In this document: in pieces, positions 9,895 to 18,905 of the stretch
Numbering within the stretch: the stretch's first letter is position 1
Layout of the letters: the number at the start of each line of letters is the position of its first letter
Source: an uncultured Muribaculaceae bacterium
GTDB lineage: Bacteria; Bacillota_I; Bacilli_A; RF39; UBA660
Reading direction: 5' to 3'
Assembly (NCBI GenBank): GCA_964428195.1
Contig: CAYRXC010000001.1
Coordinates: 1-62,754, forward strand
DNA: 62,754 nt
Program-made: the position numbers and the translations under genes
Notes under the pieces: model-generated
Database searches by the model: none
The model's input: the letters and a program-made list of their open reading frames with translations, nothing else
Told to the model about the DNA's origin: nothing

Positions 9895-11238
9895 TTATCT
9901 TTGTATTGCTTTTCCTTCACATGCTTCAAATATTTTGGTTAATAAAGTAGCTTCTACTTCAGTTAGATATACAAAAGGATTGTTTTCATTAGTATGTAAC
10001 TCATTAGCAACACTACCAATTAAATTAACTATAAAATATGATTCAACAGGATTATCATAGTTTAGATTTTCAATTTCTGTTTGTAGTACTTTTTTATCTA
10101 CTCTTCCTTTTCTAACATCATTGACTAAGTTTTCTACTCTCTTCATATTTGCACTACTCACTGGATCCATTATATGATTTGATAATGCAGCGTCTTGATT
10201 ATCAGTATACAAAGAATAACTTTGTACTTGTTTTGAAATATTAGTAGAAGCAACAACTAGTCCAAATCTTTCTTCTTTATTTTCTAAATAAGCAAAATTT
10301 GAATTTAATAACTGATATGCAGCTTCCATTTCTTGATTTGTGAATGAAGCTTTAGAATCAATTGGTGTAGAACCAGAGTTTGCGCTTTTTGCAGCTTCCA
10401 TTACAACAAACGAGAACTTTTCAATCGCACTATTATCAATTTGATGTTCATCAACAATCATAGGTCTAGTTGTTGGACGCGGTGTAACAAATGGTAATTC
10501 AATATCTTCTATTGATTCTTCATATACTGGTTGTGGTGTTATTACCGGTATTTCATATACCGGTTGTGCTGTTATTGTTGGTACTTCCCTTGTTGGTTGA
10601 GCTGTATAATACAAGTCTATTGGAATAGGTTTTAATGTTGGAGTTGGTTCTGGAACAACTGAATAATCATAATTTAATTCTGTAACAGGTTTTAGCGTTG
10701 GATTTGATTCCGAAACAATTGAATATTCATGCTTTGAATCTTGACTTATATTAGTTATATTGTTTTTTCCTTTATTTCCGTTTAAAGTTATTCCAGTAAT
10801 TGCTAAAGCTGCAGCTAAACCCAATACAATAAATCTTTTGTTGTGCTTTTTTTCACCTTTTTCAACTTTTTTAACTTGTAACTCTACTCTTGGTGTAGGT
10901 TTAATGACAGTGTTTTTTATCTTATCTTGTCTATCTTTAATATCTCTTAATCTACTAAGGTTTTCCTCTGTATTTGAGTAAGCAACTATTTTTGCATTTA
11001 CTCCTTCTTGAATATAAGAAACAAATATATTGTCTCCTTCAACTTTTATGCTTTGTATTTGCATCATTTCAGAGTCAATTCTCTTTATTATGTTTTCTAC
11101 TTGTTCATATCCCTTAAATGTAGTTTGAACTAATTCTTTTTCGCTTAATTGATTTTTAGTAAAATCATTATATCGAAACAAGGTAACATACTTAAATCCG
11201 TTCCTATTATATTTTGCAACATTTTTTAAATTTTCCAT
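9895..11238 (-). CDS. hypothetical single-pass membrane protein with Pro/Thr-rich repeat linker (family not recognised)
   Basis: 447 aa. One TM helix (RFIVLGLAAALAITGITL). 19-aa and 11-aa internal repeats (..PTLKP.., ..ITAQPVYE..). RBS AAAAGGGGGAAAA. The C-terminal domain resembles the neighbouring ORF. Confidence 0.75.
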   Translation of the reverse strand: MENLKNVAKYNRNGFKYVTLFRYNDFTKNQLSEKELVQTTFKGYEQVENIIKRIDSEMMQIQSIKVEGDNIFVSYIQEGVNAKIVAYSNTEENLSRLRDIKDRQDKIKNTVIKPTPRVELQVKKVEKGEKKHNKRFIVLGLAAALAITGITLNGNKGKNNITNISQDSKHEYSIVSESNPTLKPVTELNYDYSVVPEPTPTLKPIPIDLYYTAQPTREVPTITAQPVYEIPVITPQPVYEESIEDIELPFVTPRPTTRPMIVDEHQIDNSAIEKFSFVVMEAAKSANSGSTPIDSKASFTNQEMEAAYQLLNSNFAYLENKEERFGLVVASTNISKQVQSYSLYTDNQDAALSNHIMDPVSSANMKRVENLVNDVRKGRVDKKVLQTEIENLNYDNPVESYFIVNLIGSVANELHTNENNPFVYLTEVEATLLTKIFEACEGKAIQR

Positions 11239-11268
11239 AATTTTCCCCCTTTTTTAATTACGACGTAT

Positions 11269-11296
11269 ATTATACACATTTATTTTGTTTTGTCAA
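11269..11296 (-). promoter_or_regulatory. consensus sigma-A promoter for the 447-aa hypothetical gene
   Basis: Minus strand: TTGACA (11291..11296), 16 nt spacer, TG-n-TATAAT (11269..11274). Confidence 0.7.
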
Positions 11297-11327
11297 GTTT
11301 GGTGTAAAATAAACACTATTTTACAAG

Positions 11328-11352
11328 AAAAAAACATACTTTCGTATGTTTT
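11328..11352 (-). terminator. Rho-independent terminator after the secreted hypothetical gene
   Basis: Minus strand: AAAACATAC-GAAA-GTATGTTTT followed by TTTTT. It overlaps the stop codon. Confidence 0.75.
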
Positions 11353-12310
11353 ATCTATTTTTTTGAGGAGCATCGATTTTTGCATTTAATTCGATGATTT
11401 TTTGAACTGAATCCCTCGAAGCATTATATGCTTGTTCTAGTTCAAAAACTAATCCCCCAATGTTTGCTCCCATATCAAGTAATTGCTCTTTAGTAAATAT
11501 TTTACCTTCATATTTATCTCTTCCATATTCATCTTTAATAAATAAGTGGAAAGAAAATTGAGAGTATTTATTTCCTTCTGGATCTTCAGGAACAAACATA
11601 ACTTGTTGTCTGTTTCCTCTTAGATCAGTTTCATAAAATTCTAAAGAAACTAAAGGTATTGCTTGTTGTGTATTTTCTTCAATATGTATATAGTTTTGAG
11701 GCATTGCTCTTACTAAAAAATTGCTTGCTTGTAAAATAGCTAACTCAACGCTTGGTGTATAATCATATCTATTAGTTGTTCTTACCATTTCAAATAGGTT
11801 GTCCATAGCCCCTTTTAATACTTCGGTATTATTTGGATTGTTTCTTATTGTGTCGGCAATGTCGTATATTCTTGATAAGAATTGTTTTTGTCCTTCGTCT
11901 TCGCAATAATTTGATAGTTTTGCGTCCTCTATTCCATATAATACTGAAAATCTTGTCATTGTATCATAAAAATTGATTAAATCAACAGTCATCTCAAATA
12001 GATTTTCTTCTGTCAATTTTCCATCAAATGGAAAGTTCATATTAATTAAGTTATTTGCTTGATTTGCTACCTCTATATCTGCCATTTCTTCTGAAACAGA
12101 TGGTGTTCTAAATTGGTTTTCTAGATTACACCCTTGAAGATAAGCATTATACATTCTTATTACTTCTGGAGAATAATCATTAATATCTAGTTGGTTTGTT
12201 GTAATCATTGGACTTCCAACAGTAGAAGCTTGTGCTTTAGGTAATTTTGTTGCTGCCATATTGCCTGCAACTAGTGCTGCAAATGCCATAGCTTTAAATC
12301 TATTACTCAT
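11351..12310 (-). CDS. hypothetical secreted protein (family not recognised), paralogous to the C-terminus of 9895..11238
   Basis: Start trimmed to the ATG at 12310 after AAAGGGGGAAA. Sec-type signal peptide MSNRFKAMAFAALVAGNMAATKLPKAQA/S. 319 aa. Confidence 0.75.
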   Translation of the reverse strand: MSNRFKAMAFAALVAGNMAATKLPKAQASTVGSPMITTNQLDINDYSPEVIRMYNAYLQGCNLENQFRTPSVSEEMADIEVANQANNLINMNFPFDGKLTEENLFEMTVDLINFYDTMTRFSVLYGIEDAKLSNYCEDEGQKQFLSRIYDIADTIRNNPNNTEVLKGAMDNLFEMVRTTNRYDYTPSVELAILQASNFLVRAMPQNYIHIEENTQQAIPLVSLEFYETDLRGNRQQVMFVPEDPEGNKYSQFSFHLFIKDEYGRDKYEGKIFTKEQLLDMGANIGGLVFELEQAYNASRDSVQKIIELNAKIDAPQKNR

Positions 12311-12343
12311 AAAATTTCCCCCTTTTTGAATAATTTGATTGTT

Positions 12344-12371
12344 ATTATACACACAATTAATTTTTTGTCAA
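12344..12371 (-). promoter_or_regulatory. consensus sigma-A promoter for the secreted hypothetical gene
   Basis: Minus strand: TTGACA (12366..12371), 16 nt spacer, TATAAT (12344..12349). The -35 hexamer is the Leu-Thr codons at the end of prmC. Confidence 0.7.
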
Positions 12372-13160
12372 GTTTTGTATAAACACCATTCTATCTCTTC
12401 CCTGCATATCTTTTTTTGTAATTATTTTATGATCCCTTAGATATCTATTAACAATTTTAATAACTTCTTTTTTTTGATTCATTCCTATTTCAAAAGCTAT
12501 TAAATAATCGTCTTCGAGTATATTAGATATGTTTTTCATTATCTCTTCATAGAAATATAATCCCTTTTTTTTGGCATATAGAGCCTTATGAGGTTCATTT
12601 TTTTTAACTGCCTTTTCTATTGAATCCTTATATGAAATATATGGAGGATTACAAACTATAACAGAGAACTTTTCTTTATTAAGGAAAGGGTTTAATAAGT
12701 TTCCCTTTACTATATTTACATCTGTATTTTTTGCATTAATTTTTGAAACCTCTATAGCTTTTTTACATAAATCAGAAAGGGTTAATTCCAAGTTATTATT
12801 CTCTTTCTTTAATGTTATTCCAATACAACCCGAGCCAGTACATAAATCTAATACTTTTATTTTTTTATTATTAAATCTTTTTTTAATTATTTTTAATGTT
12901 TCGTAAACTAGTTCCTCTGTTTCAAATCTAGGTATTAGAACATTTTTATTGACAAAAAAGTCATATCCATAGAAATTTGATGTTTCTAACACATACTGGA
13001 GAGGTTCTCTTTTTAATCTATTTATCTTTTTTATAATTTCTTTTTTGTTAAAATTTCTTGTTTTTTCAATAAAATATTGAGAATCTCTATCATTCAGTCC
13101 TTTTTCTTTACATAAAGAAAAAAGATCAATTGTTTTGTAGTTTTCTCTTTTGATCTTCAT
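12357..13160 (-). CDS. prmC: release factor glutamine N5-methyltransferase
   Basis: NPPY motif (CNPPYISY) and SAM-binding [11 protein letters not shown]. Overlaps the prfA 3' end as in many bacteria. Confidence 0.9.
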   Translation of the reverse strand: MKIKRENYKTIDLFSLCKEKGLNDRDSQYFIEKTRNFNKKEIIKKINRLKREPLQYVLETSNFYGYDFFVNKNVLIPRFETEELVYETLKIIKKRFNNKKIKVLDLCTGSGCIGITLKKENNNLELTLSDLCKKAIEVSKINAKNTDVNIVKGNLLNPFLNKEKFSVIVCNPPYISYKDSIEKAVKKNEPHKALYAKKKGLYFYEEIMKNISNILEDDYLIAFEIGMNQKKEVIKIVNRYLRDHKIITKKDMQGRDRMVFIQNLTKN

Positions 13161-14181
13161 TTATTAATTCCTCTATTAATTCATCTATTTTTCCTAACAT
13201 AATTCTATCAAGATTCATTAATGTTAAATTTATTCTATGATCTGTTACTCTATTTTGAGGATAGTTATAAGTCCTAATTTTCTCTGATCTGTCTCCACTA
13301 CCAATTTTTGATTTTCGTTCTTCGCCTTCTTTTTCTTCCTTTTTTCTAATAGTATCCTCGAAAATCTTACTCTTTAATAGCTGTAATGCCTTTTCTCTGT
13401 TTTTGATTTGGCTTCTTTCGTTTTGACAAGTAACTATGATTCCTGTAGGCAAATGTGTCATTCTAACTGCACTATCAGTTGTATTTACAGATTGACCACC
13501 AGCCCCACTTGATCTATATACATCAACTTTTATATCTGCTTCTTTAACTTCGATATCAATATCTTCGTGTTCTGGTATCACAATAACTGTTGCAGTAGAT
13601 GTATGTATTCTTCCTTGAGACTCTGTATCAGGAACTCTTTGTACTCTATGGGTTCCACTTTCATATTTTAGTTTAGAATATACCCCTTTTCCACTAATTA
13701 TTGCTTCAATTTGAGAATATCCACCGGATGAGCCTTTTACTTCATTAATTATTTCTGCTTTCCATCCTTTTTCTTCAACATATCTTGTATACATTTCAAA
13801 AAGATCCCCTGCAAAAATATTTGCTTCATCTCCACCAGCGGCCCCTCTAATTTCTAAAATAACGTTTTTCTGATCGTTTGGATCTTTTGGAACAAGCATC
13901 AACTCTATTTTTCCTTCTATTTCTTCTTTATGCTTTTCAAGTTTTTCTATTTCTTCTTTTGCAAACTCTTCCATTCCTCTTTCGTTTAACATTTCTTTTG
14001 CATCATTAAGAGACCTTAAAATATTTTTATATTTTCCATATTCTTGTACTACTTCTTCTAAATCACTTTTTTCCTTAGCTATATTTTTCAATAACGAAAT
14101 GTTTGATAATACTTCTTTTTTATTAAGTTCTTCATCTAATTTATAGTATTTTTTTTCCATTTCTTCTAATCTATTTATCAT
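13126..14181 (-). CDS. prfA: peptide chain release factor 1
   Basis: GGQ motif (SGAGGQSVN). RF1-type tripeptide region. 351 aa. Confidence 0.95.
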   Translation of the reverse strand: MINRLEEMEKKYYKLDEELNKKEVLSNISLLKNIAKEKSDLEEVVQEYGKYKNILRSLNDAKEMLNERGMEEFAKEEIEKLEKHKEEIEGKIELMLVPKDPNDQKNVILEIRGAAGGDEANIFAGDLFEMYTRYVEEKGWKAEIINEVKGSSGGYSQIEAIISGKGVYSKLKYESGTHRVQRVPDTESQGRIHTSTATVIVIPEHEDIDIEVKEADIKVDVYRSSGAGGQSVNTTDSAVRMTHLPTGIIVTCQNERSQIKNREKALQLLKSKIFEDTIRKKEEKEGEERKSKIGSGDRSEKIRTYNYPQNRVTDHRINLTLMNLDRIMLGKIDELIEELINEDQKRKLQNN

Positions 14182-14195
14182 AGTGAAACTCCCTT

Positions 14196-14660
14196 TTAAA
14201 TAATATCGTCTGACTCCAAATCTTCTTCGTCAACAATTGTTAAATCTTCAACTTCTGTTATTTCTTCTTCAATAATATCGTCATCATCATCTATTATTTC
14301 TTCCTCTGTTTCATCTTCACCTTCTATAAAATCATCATCGTCATCATCAATTTCGTAATCATCTATTAATTCCATACCCTCAAGATCATCATATTCATCT
14401 TCATCAAGTATAGTAGAAACAGCATGTTTTTCTTTTAAATCCCATTTAGAATTTTCTATTAAGTGAAATCTTTTATCTAAATTTAGTGAAGTATAAAATT
14501 CTCCAATAACATCCATATATTTTTCTTGATCTAAATCTAATAATACACATATTTCTTTAAACAGTTCTAACGTTGTCTTTGGTTCGTTATCTTCTTTTAT
14601 TATGTTATATGCAATATCTTGATATGTTAGCTTGTTAACTTCAATATCTCTTTTTTTCAT
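14196..14660 (-). CDS. rpoE: DNA-directed RNA polymerase delta subunit
   Basis: N-terminal HARE-HTH-like domain plus a long Asp/Glu-rich C-terminal tail. Confidence 0.85.
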   Translation of the reverse strand: MKKRDIEVNKLTYQDIAYNIIKEDNEPKTTLELFKEICVLLDLDQEKYMDVIGEFYTSLNLDKRFHLIENSKWDLKEKHAVSTILDEDEYDDLEGMELIDDYEIDDDDDDFIEGEDETEEEIIDDDDDIIEEEITEVEDLTIVDEEDLESDDII

Positions 14661-14669
14661 TATTCCTCC

Positions 14670-15047
14670 TTAATCTAGAATCATTAGTTTGTATTCAAAA
14701 GTCCCTACATCTAATTCTGAATTACTTATTTTGTATTGTACATATAAGTAGTTTTCCATTATTTCTAGTTTTATAGTTTTTACATCCATTTCAATATTTA
14801 CTCCTAATGAAGTAATATTGTGCATACTTTTAAATGTTTTGTCCTTTTGAAATTCAAATTCAATTTTGTAATCGTCACTTGTTCTGCTTAACAAGAACTT
14901 GTCTTTAAAAATTGTCAATTTTACTATTATATCTTCTTCCATATATGTAATAGTATTGTTTTCTGAATCTTTTTCGGCGATTGCTTCAATACTGTAAGTT
15001 TCATTTTCTGAATTATTTATTATTGCTTTTATTTTGATTTTTTCCAT
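14670..15047 (-). CDS. DUF1934 (YwiB-like) beta-barrel protein
   Basis: 125 aa. Size and periodic pattern resemble YwiB, and it is adjacent to rpoE. The assignment is from memory. Confidence 0.55.
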   Translation of the reverse strand: MEKIKIKAIINNSENETYSIEAIAEKDSENNTITYMEEDIIVKLTIFKDKFLLSRTSDDYKIEFEFQKDKTFKSMHNITSLGVNIEMDVKTIKLEIMENYLYVQYKISNSELDVGTFEYKLMILD

Positions 15048-15112
15048 TTGCTCTCCCTTGAAAAATTACATAGGAAATTATAACATAGTTTTTTATAAAA
15101 TAAAGAGTTTTT

Positions 15113-15148
15113 TTCACAAAAAAAATCTATTTATTAATAATAGATTTT
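15113..15148. terminator. bidirectional hairpin terminator downstream of the pilin-like genes
   Basis: AAATCTATT-TATTAAT-AATAGATTT, flanked by an A-run and a T-run. Confidence 0.6.
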
Positions 15149-16005
15149 TAATTAACAATTATCGTTCTTTTTACCGTATCGGCTTTGTTTCCAAAAATAT
15201 CAGAAACATCGTAATATTTGTAATAGGTTCCTTTGATATTTGTATTCACCGATCCACTTATTGTAATCCGAGAACTTATATTTCCGTCTTCAATATCGGT
15301 TGCAGTTGCATTATATTCAACATAAGTGCTTCCTACAGTAAGATTTATTGTTGAACCTCCTATAAGTGTTATAACTGGTTTGTTATTGTCTGAAGAAGTA
15401 CTTACATCTTCAACAATTACTTTTCTAATAACTGAATCTGCTTGTGGATATGTATATGTAACGTTATAAGTATCAGGTACAGAAGTATCAATCTCATCTG
15501 CTCCAAAATAGTTTGTTTCATGCAAATCTATAATAGTGTTTTCTGCAGGGTTAATTACTATTGCTCCATACTCAAAATATTCTCCATTTGTCCTTATTTT
15601 AATTTCTAAGGGTCCTTTCAATACTATTATTGGATTATTTTTTTGTTCTATATCAAACAAGGTATAAACCTCATTGTCAATCAAATAAATAATTACACTA
15701 TCGTAATAATTTACCGTAGTTTTCCCGTTAATTCTTAAATCCTTTTCTTTAATAAATCCTTTATTAATTAAAGCTTGAACATCTATAATTACTATATTAT
15801 CTGTTTCTATTGAAGGAATTTCATTTTTATAATTTAAATAATACATTTCAGCTGATTCTTCTATTAGTCTAATTTGAGAATCTGATGCATATTGCTTTAC
15901 AAAAAACAAATCATCATCAAATAACGATACTAATATTGTTGCTAATATTCCTAAAAGAATTACTATTGTTAAGACTTCGATAAGCGTAAATCCTTTTTTG
16001 TTCAT
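15148..16005 (-). CDS. type IV pilin-like (prepilin N-terminal methylation motif) protein with two Ig-like DUF5011-type domains
   Basis: N-terminus MNKKGFTLIEVLTIVILLGILATI (G/FTLIE class III signal, Glu+5). C-terminus has two repeats of the Y.E.GA..D..DG...G.V.T...G.Y...Y...D..GN.A...R.I.V pattern. Confidence 0.75.
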   Translation of the reverse strand: MNKKGFTLIEVLTIVILLGILATILVSLFDDDLFFVKQYASDSQIRLIEESAEMYYLNYKNEIPSIETDNIVIIDVQALINKGFIKEKDLRINGKTTVNYYDSVIIYLIDNEVYTLFDIEQKNNPIIVLKGPLEIKIRTNGEYFEYGAIVINPAENTIIDLHETNYFGADEIDTSVPDTYNVTYTYPQADSVIRKVIVEDVSTSSDNNKPVITLIGGSTINLTVGSTYVEYNATATDIEDGNISSRITISGSVNTNIKGTYYKYYDVSDIFGNKADTVKRTIIVN

Positions 16006-16020
16006 TATTCCTCCTCAATA

Positions 16021-16617
16021 TTATAAATCATCAGTTACAATAACATTTCTAGTTATGATGTTCGAGTCATTATAATAATATTCTAAAACATAAACCCCTT
16101 CTGTTGTTGTATCAACAACTCCTGAAGTTGCTTTCACATCTGGATTTGTCGTGGTCCCATCGAAACCAATAGCTCCTGGATCGTTGTAAGTTGTGTTTAA
16201 TTTAACTTTCTCATTATAAAAGCCTTTTAATGTGATTTTAGATTTTGTACTTTGATTGATATCATAAGATACTTTAATTTTGTTGTTATAATCCATTGTA
16301 ACATAAACAACATCATCTAAAAATATGGTTTCATCGGTACTTGGATTTTTAATGTTTTCTTCAATATAATTTGAATCTATAAGTGTTTTAATGGTAATAT
16401 TCATAAATCCATACTTGTTAAGTTCATCCAAATTTCTTAAATTATCAGTTACGTACTTGTGTGCAGATAATTCAATGTTTTTTATTTGCGTTTCCGTTGT
16501 TTTTTCTCGAGTTTCTTTTATTCTATTACTCAATAAAGGAACCGTAATAGTGATCAATAACATTATTATAATCATTACTGCTAATAATTCAATTAAAGTA
16601 AAACCATTTTTTTTCAT
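16021..16617 (-). CDS. type IV pilin-like protein with one Ig-like DUF5011-type domain
   Basis: N-terminus MKKNGFTLIELLAVMIIIMLLITI. C-terminus YNDPGAIGFDG...SGVVDTTTEGVYVLEYYY...RNVIV. Starts 24 nt after the ParB-family gene stop, with RBS AGAGGAG. Confidence 0.75.
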   Translation of the reverse strand: MKKNGFTLIELLAVMIIIMLLITITVPLLSNRIKETREKTTETQIKNIELSAHKYVTDNLRNLDELNKYGFMNITIKTLIDSNYIEENIKNPSTDETIFLDDVVYVTMDYNNKIKVSYDINQSTKSKITLKGFYNEKVKLNTTYNDPGAIGFDGTTTNPDVKATSGVVDTTTEGVYVLEYYYNDSNIITRNVIVTDDL

Positions 16618-16641
16618 AGCACTCCTCTATTAAGAAAATAT

Positions 16642-18135
16642 TTATTTATCTATTTTTATTATTATTTGGTATAATCTTTCAAAATCAAATTCTTCAAAAT
16701 CTATTTTTATTCCGCTACTTTTTATGCCTTCAACTACTTTTTTTATCATGTTTTTTGAATTTTCAATATCTTGGTCATCTTCTCTTTTCGGCTCTTTTAA
16801 GTCCACAATAAACCTATTTTGTTGTTGTTTCTCTTCTTTTACACTTTCAATATTCTGAGATTGTGAGTTATTATTAATATTATTCGGTGTTTCTATTGAT
16901 TTATTACTTTCAACTTGATTACTGCCCCAAATTTGATCAACACTGAAACTTCTTTGGCTTAATTCGTTTTCCATTTGTAAGTTTACTTGAAGGTTTTCCT
17001 TTGGTTGAAAAGAAGTTTCTGGCACTAAATAATTGTCTTTTATGTCGGTCTTTGGAATTACATAAGGACTTGATTTTATATTATTAGTATCTCTAAAAAG
17101 TAATTCATCAAATGGAGAATTTACATTGCTAATTTTTTCAATCAAATCTTTTTGAGGATTATACTCTTTATTATTATGTGGTTCTGCTTGCATATTTTTA
17201 TTTTCCATTTCACTCCCTTTTTGAGGTTCTGAATCAACTATTATAAATGGCTTTGGTGCTATAATTTGTTGTTCTTTATTTTCAACTATATTATCTAAAC
17301 TAAAATTCATAATATCATTTTCATTATTCGATTTTTGTTCTACAAATACTTGTTCTTGCATAACGGATTCTTCTTGTTTTGATTCTTCTTCAATTTTTTC
17401 ATCTTGCTGAGTAATGTTTTCCTGAATAGTATGAATTGGAGAAATTTCCTGAAAGTTTTCATCTATTAATTCGTCTTCTTTTACTTTATTATCGTTTTTT
17501 TGTTCAATCGCTTCTTCTTCTTTGTTTTCTCCATACTTTTCTTTAATTATATCGTCAGTTTCCTTTACTGTTAATTTTTTTGATATTATTTCTTCTAATA
17601 GTTTTTTTTGCTCTTCTACATCTTTTATAACCAATAAACTTCTTGCATGTCTTTCGGAAATTTTTTCTTTAATTAGAGCTTCTTTTACTTCTTCTCCTAA
17701 AGATAATAATCTTAATTTATTTGCGATGTATGGTTGACTTTTTCCCAATCTTAATCCCAATTGTTCTTGAGTAATACCTCTTTCTAACAATTTCTTATAT
17801 GCTTGAGCTTCCTCAAACGATGTCATATCTTTTCTGTGAAGATTTTCAACTATTGCAACTTCTGCACTTTTATTATCATCAAAATCAACAATGATTGCAG
17901 GAACTTTTACTAATCCAATCAATTGTGATGCCTTATACCTTCTTTCACCCGCAATAATTTCATATTTATCACCTAATTTTCTCAAAACTAATGGTTGAAT
18001 TATTCCATGTTGTTTTATAGATTCAGCTAATTCCATCAAAGCTTTTTGATCAAAATTTAATCGAGGTTGAAACCTGTTTGGAATAATTTCGTCCAAAAAG
18101 ATATCTTTAATTTCTTTTTCAAAATTGTCACTCAT
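16642..18135 (-). CDS. noc: ParB/Spo0J/Noc-family DNA-binding protein, Noc-like, with a long low-complexity insertion
   Basis: IPNRFQPR, GERRYKA, HTH GKSQPYIANKLRLL and ISERHARSLL motifs. The C-terminal end resembles Noc. 497 aa against about 280 aa for typical family members. Confidence 0.8.
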   Translation of the reverse strand: MSDNFEKEIKDIFLDEIIPNRFQPRLNFDQKALMELAESIKQHGIIQPLVLRKLGDKYEIIAGERRYKASQLIGLVKVPAIIVDFDDNKSAEVAIVENLHRKDMTSFEEAQAYKKLLERGITQEQLGLRLGKSQPYIANKLRLLSLGEEVKEALIKEKISERHARSLLVIKDVEEQKKLLEEIISKKLTVKETDDIIKEKYGENKEEEAIEQKNDNKVKEDELIDENFQEISPIHTIQENITQQDEKIEEESKQEESVMQEQVFVEQKSNNENDIMNFSLDNIVENKEQQIIAPKPFIIVDSEPQKGSEMENKNMQAEPHNNKEYNPQKDLIEKISNVNSPFDELLFRDTNNIKSSPYVIPKTDIKDNYLVPETSFQPKENLQVNLQMENELSQRSFSVDQIWGSNQVESNKSIETPNNINNNSQSQNIESVKEEKQQQNRFIVDLKEPKREDDQDIENSKNMIKKVVEGIKSSGIKIDFEEFDFERLYQIIIKIDK

Positions 18136-18203
18136 ATTATTCCACCTTTTATTCTTATAGATATAATAATACTAAAAAAAAAGAATTTTTACAACTTTTT
18201 TTG

Positions 18204-18905
18204 TTATAAGGGCTTTTTTTTAATAATATTGTAATTTCTAGGAAATTGTGTGTTTATCTTTTTATTTTTTTTAATAACTAAAAGAGTTCTTTTCATATTA
18301 TCGATAGGTAAAACAAACCTTATTATTTTTTCTAAGGAAGAATCTAACAATTTTAAAAAATTTAGATTTAATAATTCTTCTTCAACTTCTGCTTTCATTG
18401 GAATAAAATAACCTTTTATTTTTACCAAGGGCAAACATATTTCAGAAATAATGTTTAGTTTTGCTAAAGCCCTACAAGTTACTAAATCATATTTTTCTCT
18501 ATTATTTTTACAAAATATTTCTACTCTATCATTAATTATTATTACATTAGTTAGATTTAATTCTGCTTTTACCATTTTTAAAAAATCTATTTTTTTATTA
18601 TTTGATTCTACTAATGTTACCATTAAGTTTGGAAAAAAAAGACTTAACACTATCCCCGGAAAACCAGCACCAGTTCCTACATCACAAATTGTTTTTGTTA
18701 TATTTAAATCTATTGCTTTTATTAAAGTTAAACTATCATAGAAATGTTTCAAATATACATCTTCTAAAGCGGTTATAGATGTAATATTTGTATGCTTGTT
18801 ATATTCAACAATCATTTCATAGTATTTATCTAGTTTATCAATTAATTTTTGGTCAATATTTATATTTAATTCTTCAACAAAATTAACAAATTCATCTTTA
18901 TTCAT
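18204..18905 (-). CDS. rsmG: 16S rRNA (guanine527-N7)-methyltransferase
   Basis: GidB family with DVGTGAGFPG SAM motif. Directly downstream of mnmG. Confidence 0.92.
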   Translation of the reverse strand: MNKDEFVNFVEELNINIDQKLIDKLDKYYEMIVEYNKHTNITSITALEDVYLKHFYDSLTLIKAIDLNITKTICDVGTGAGFPGIVLSLFFPNLMVTLVESNNKKIDFLKMVKAELNLTNVIIINDRVEIFCKNNREKYDLVTCRALAKLNIISEICLPLVKIKGYFIPMKAEVEEELLNLNFLKLLDSSLEKIIRFVLPIDNMKRTLLVIKKNKKINTQFPRNYNIIKKKPL

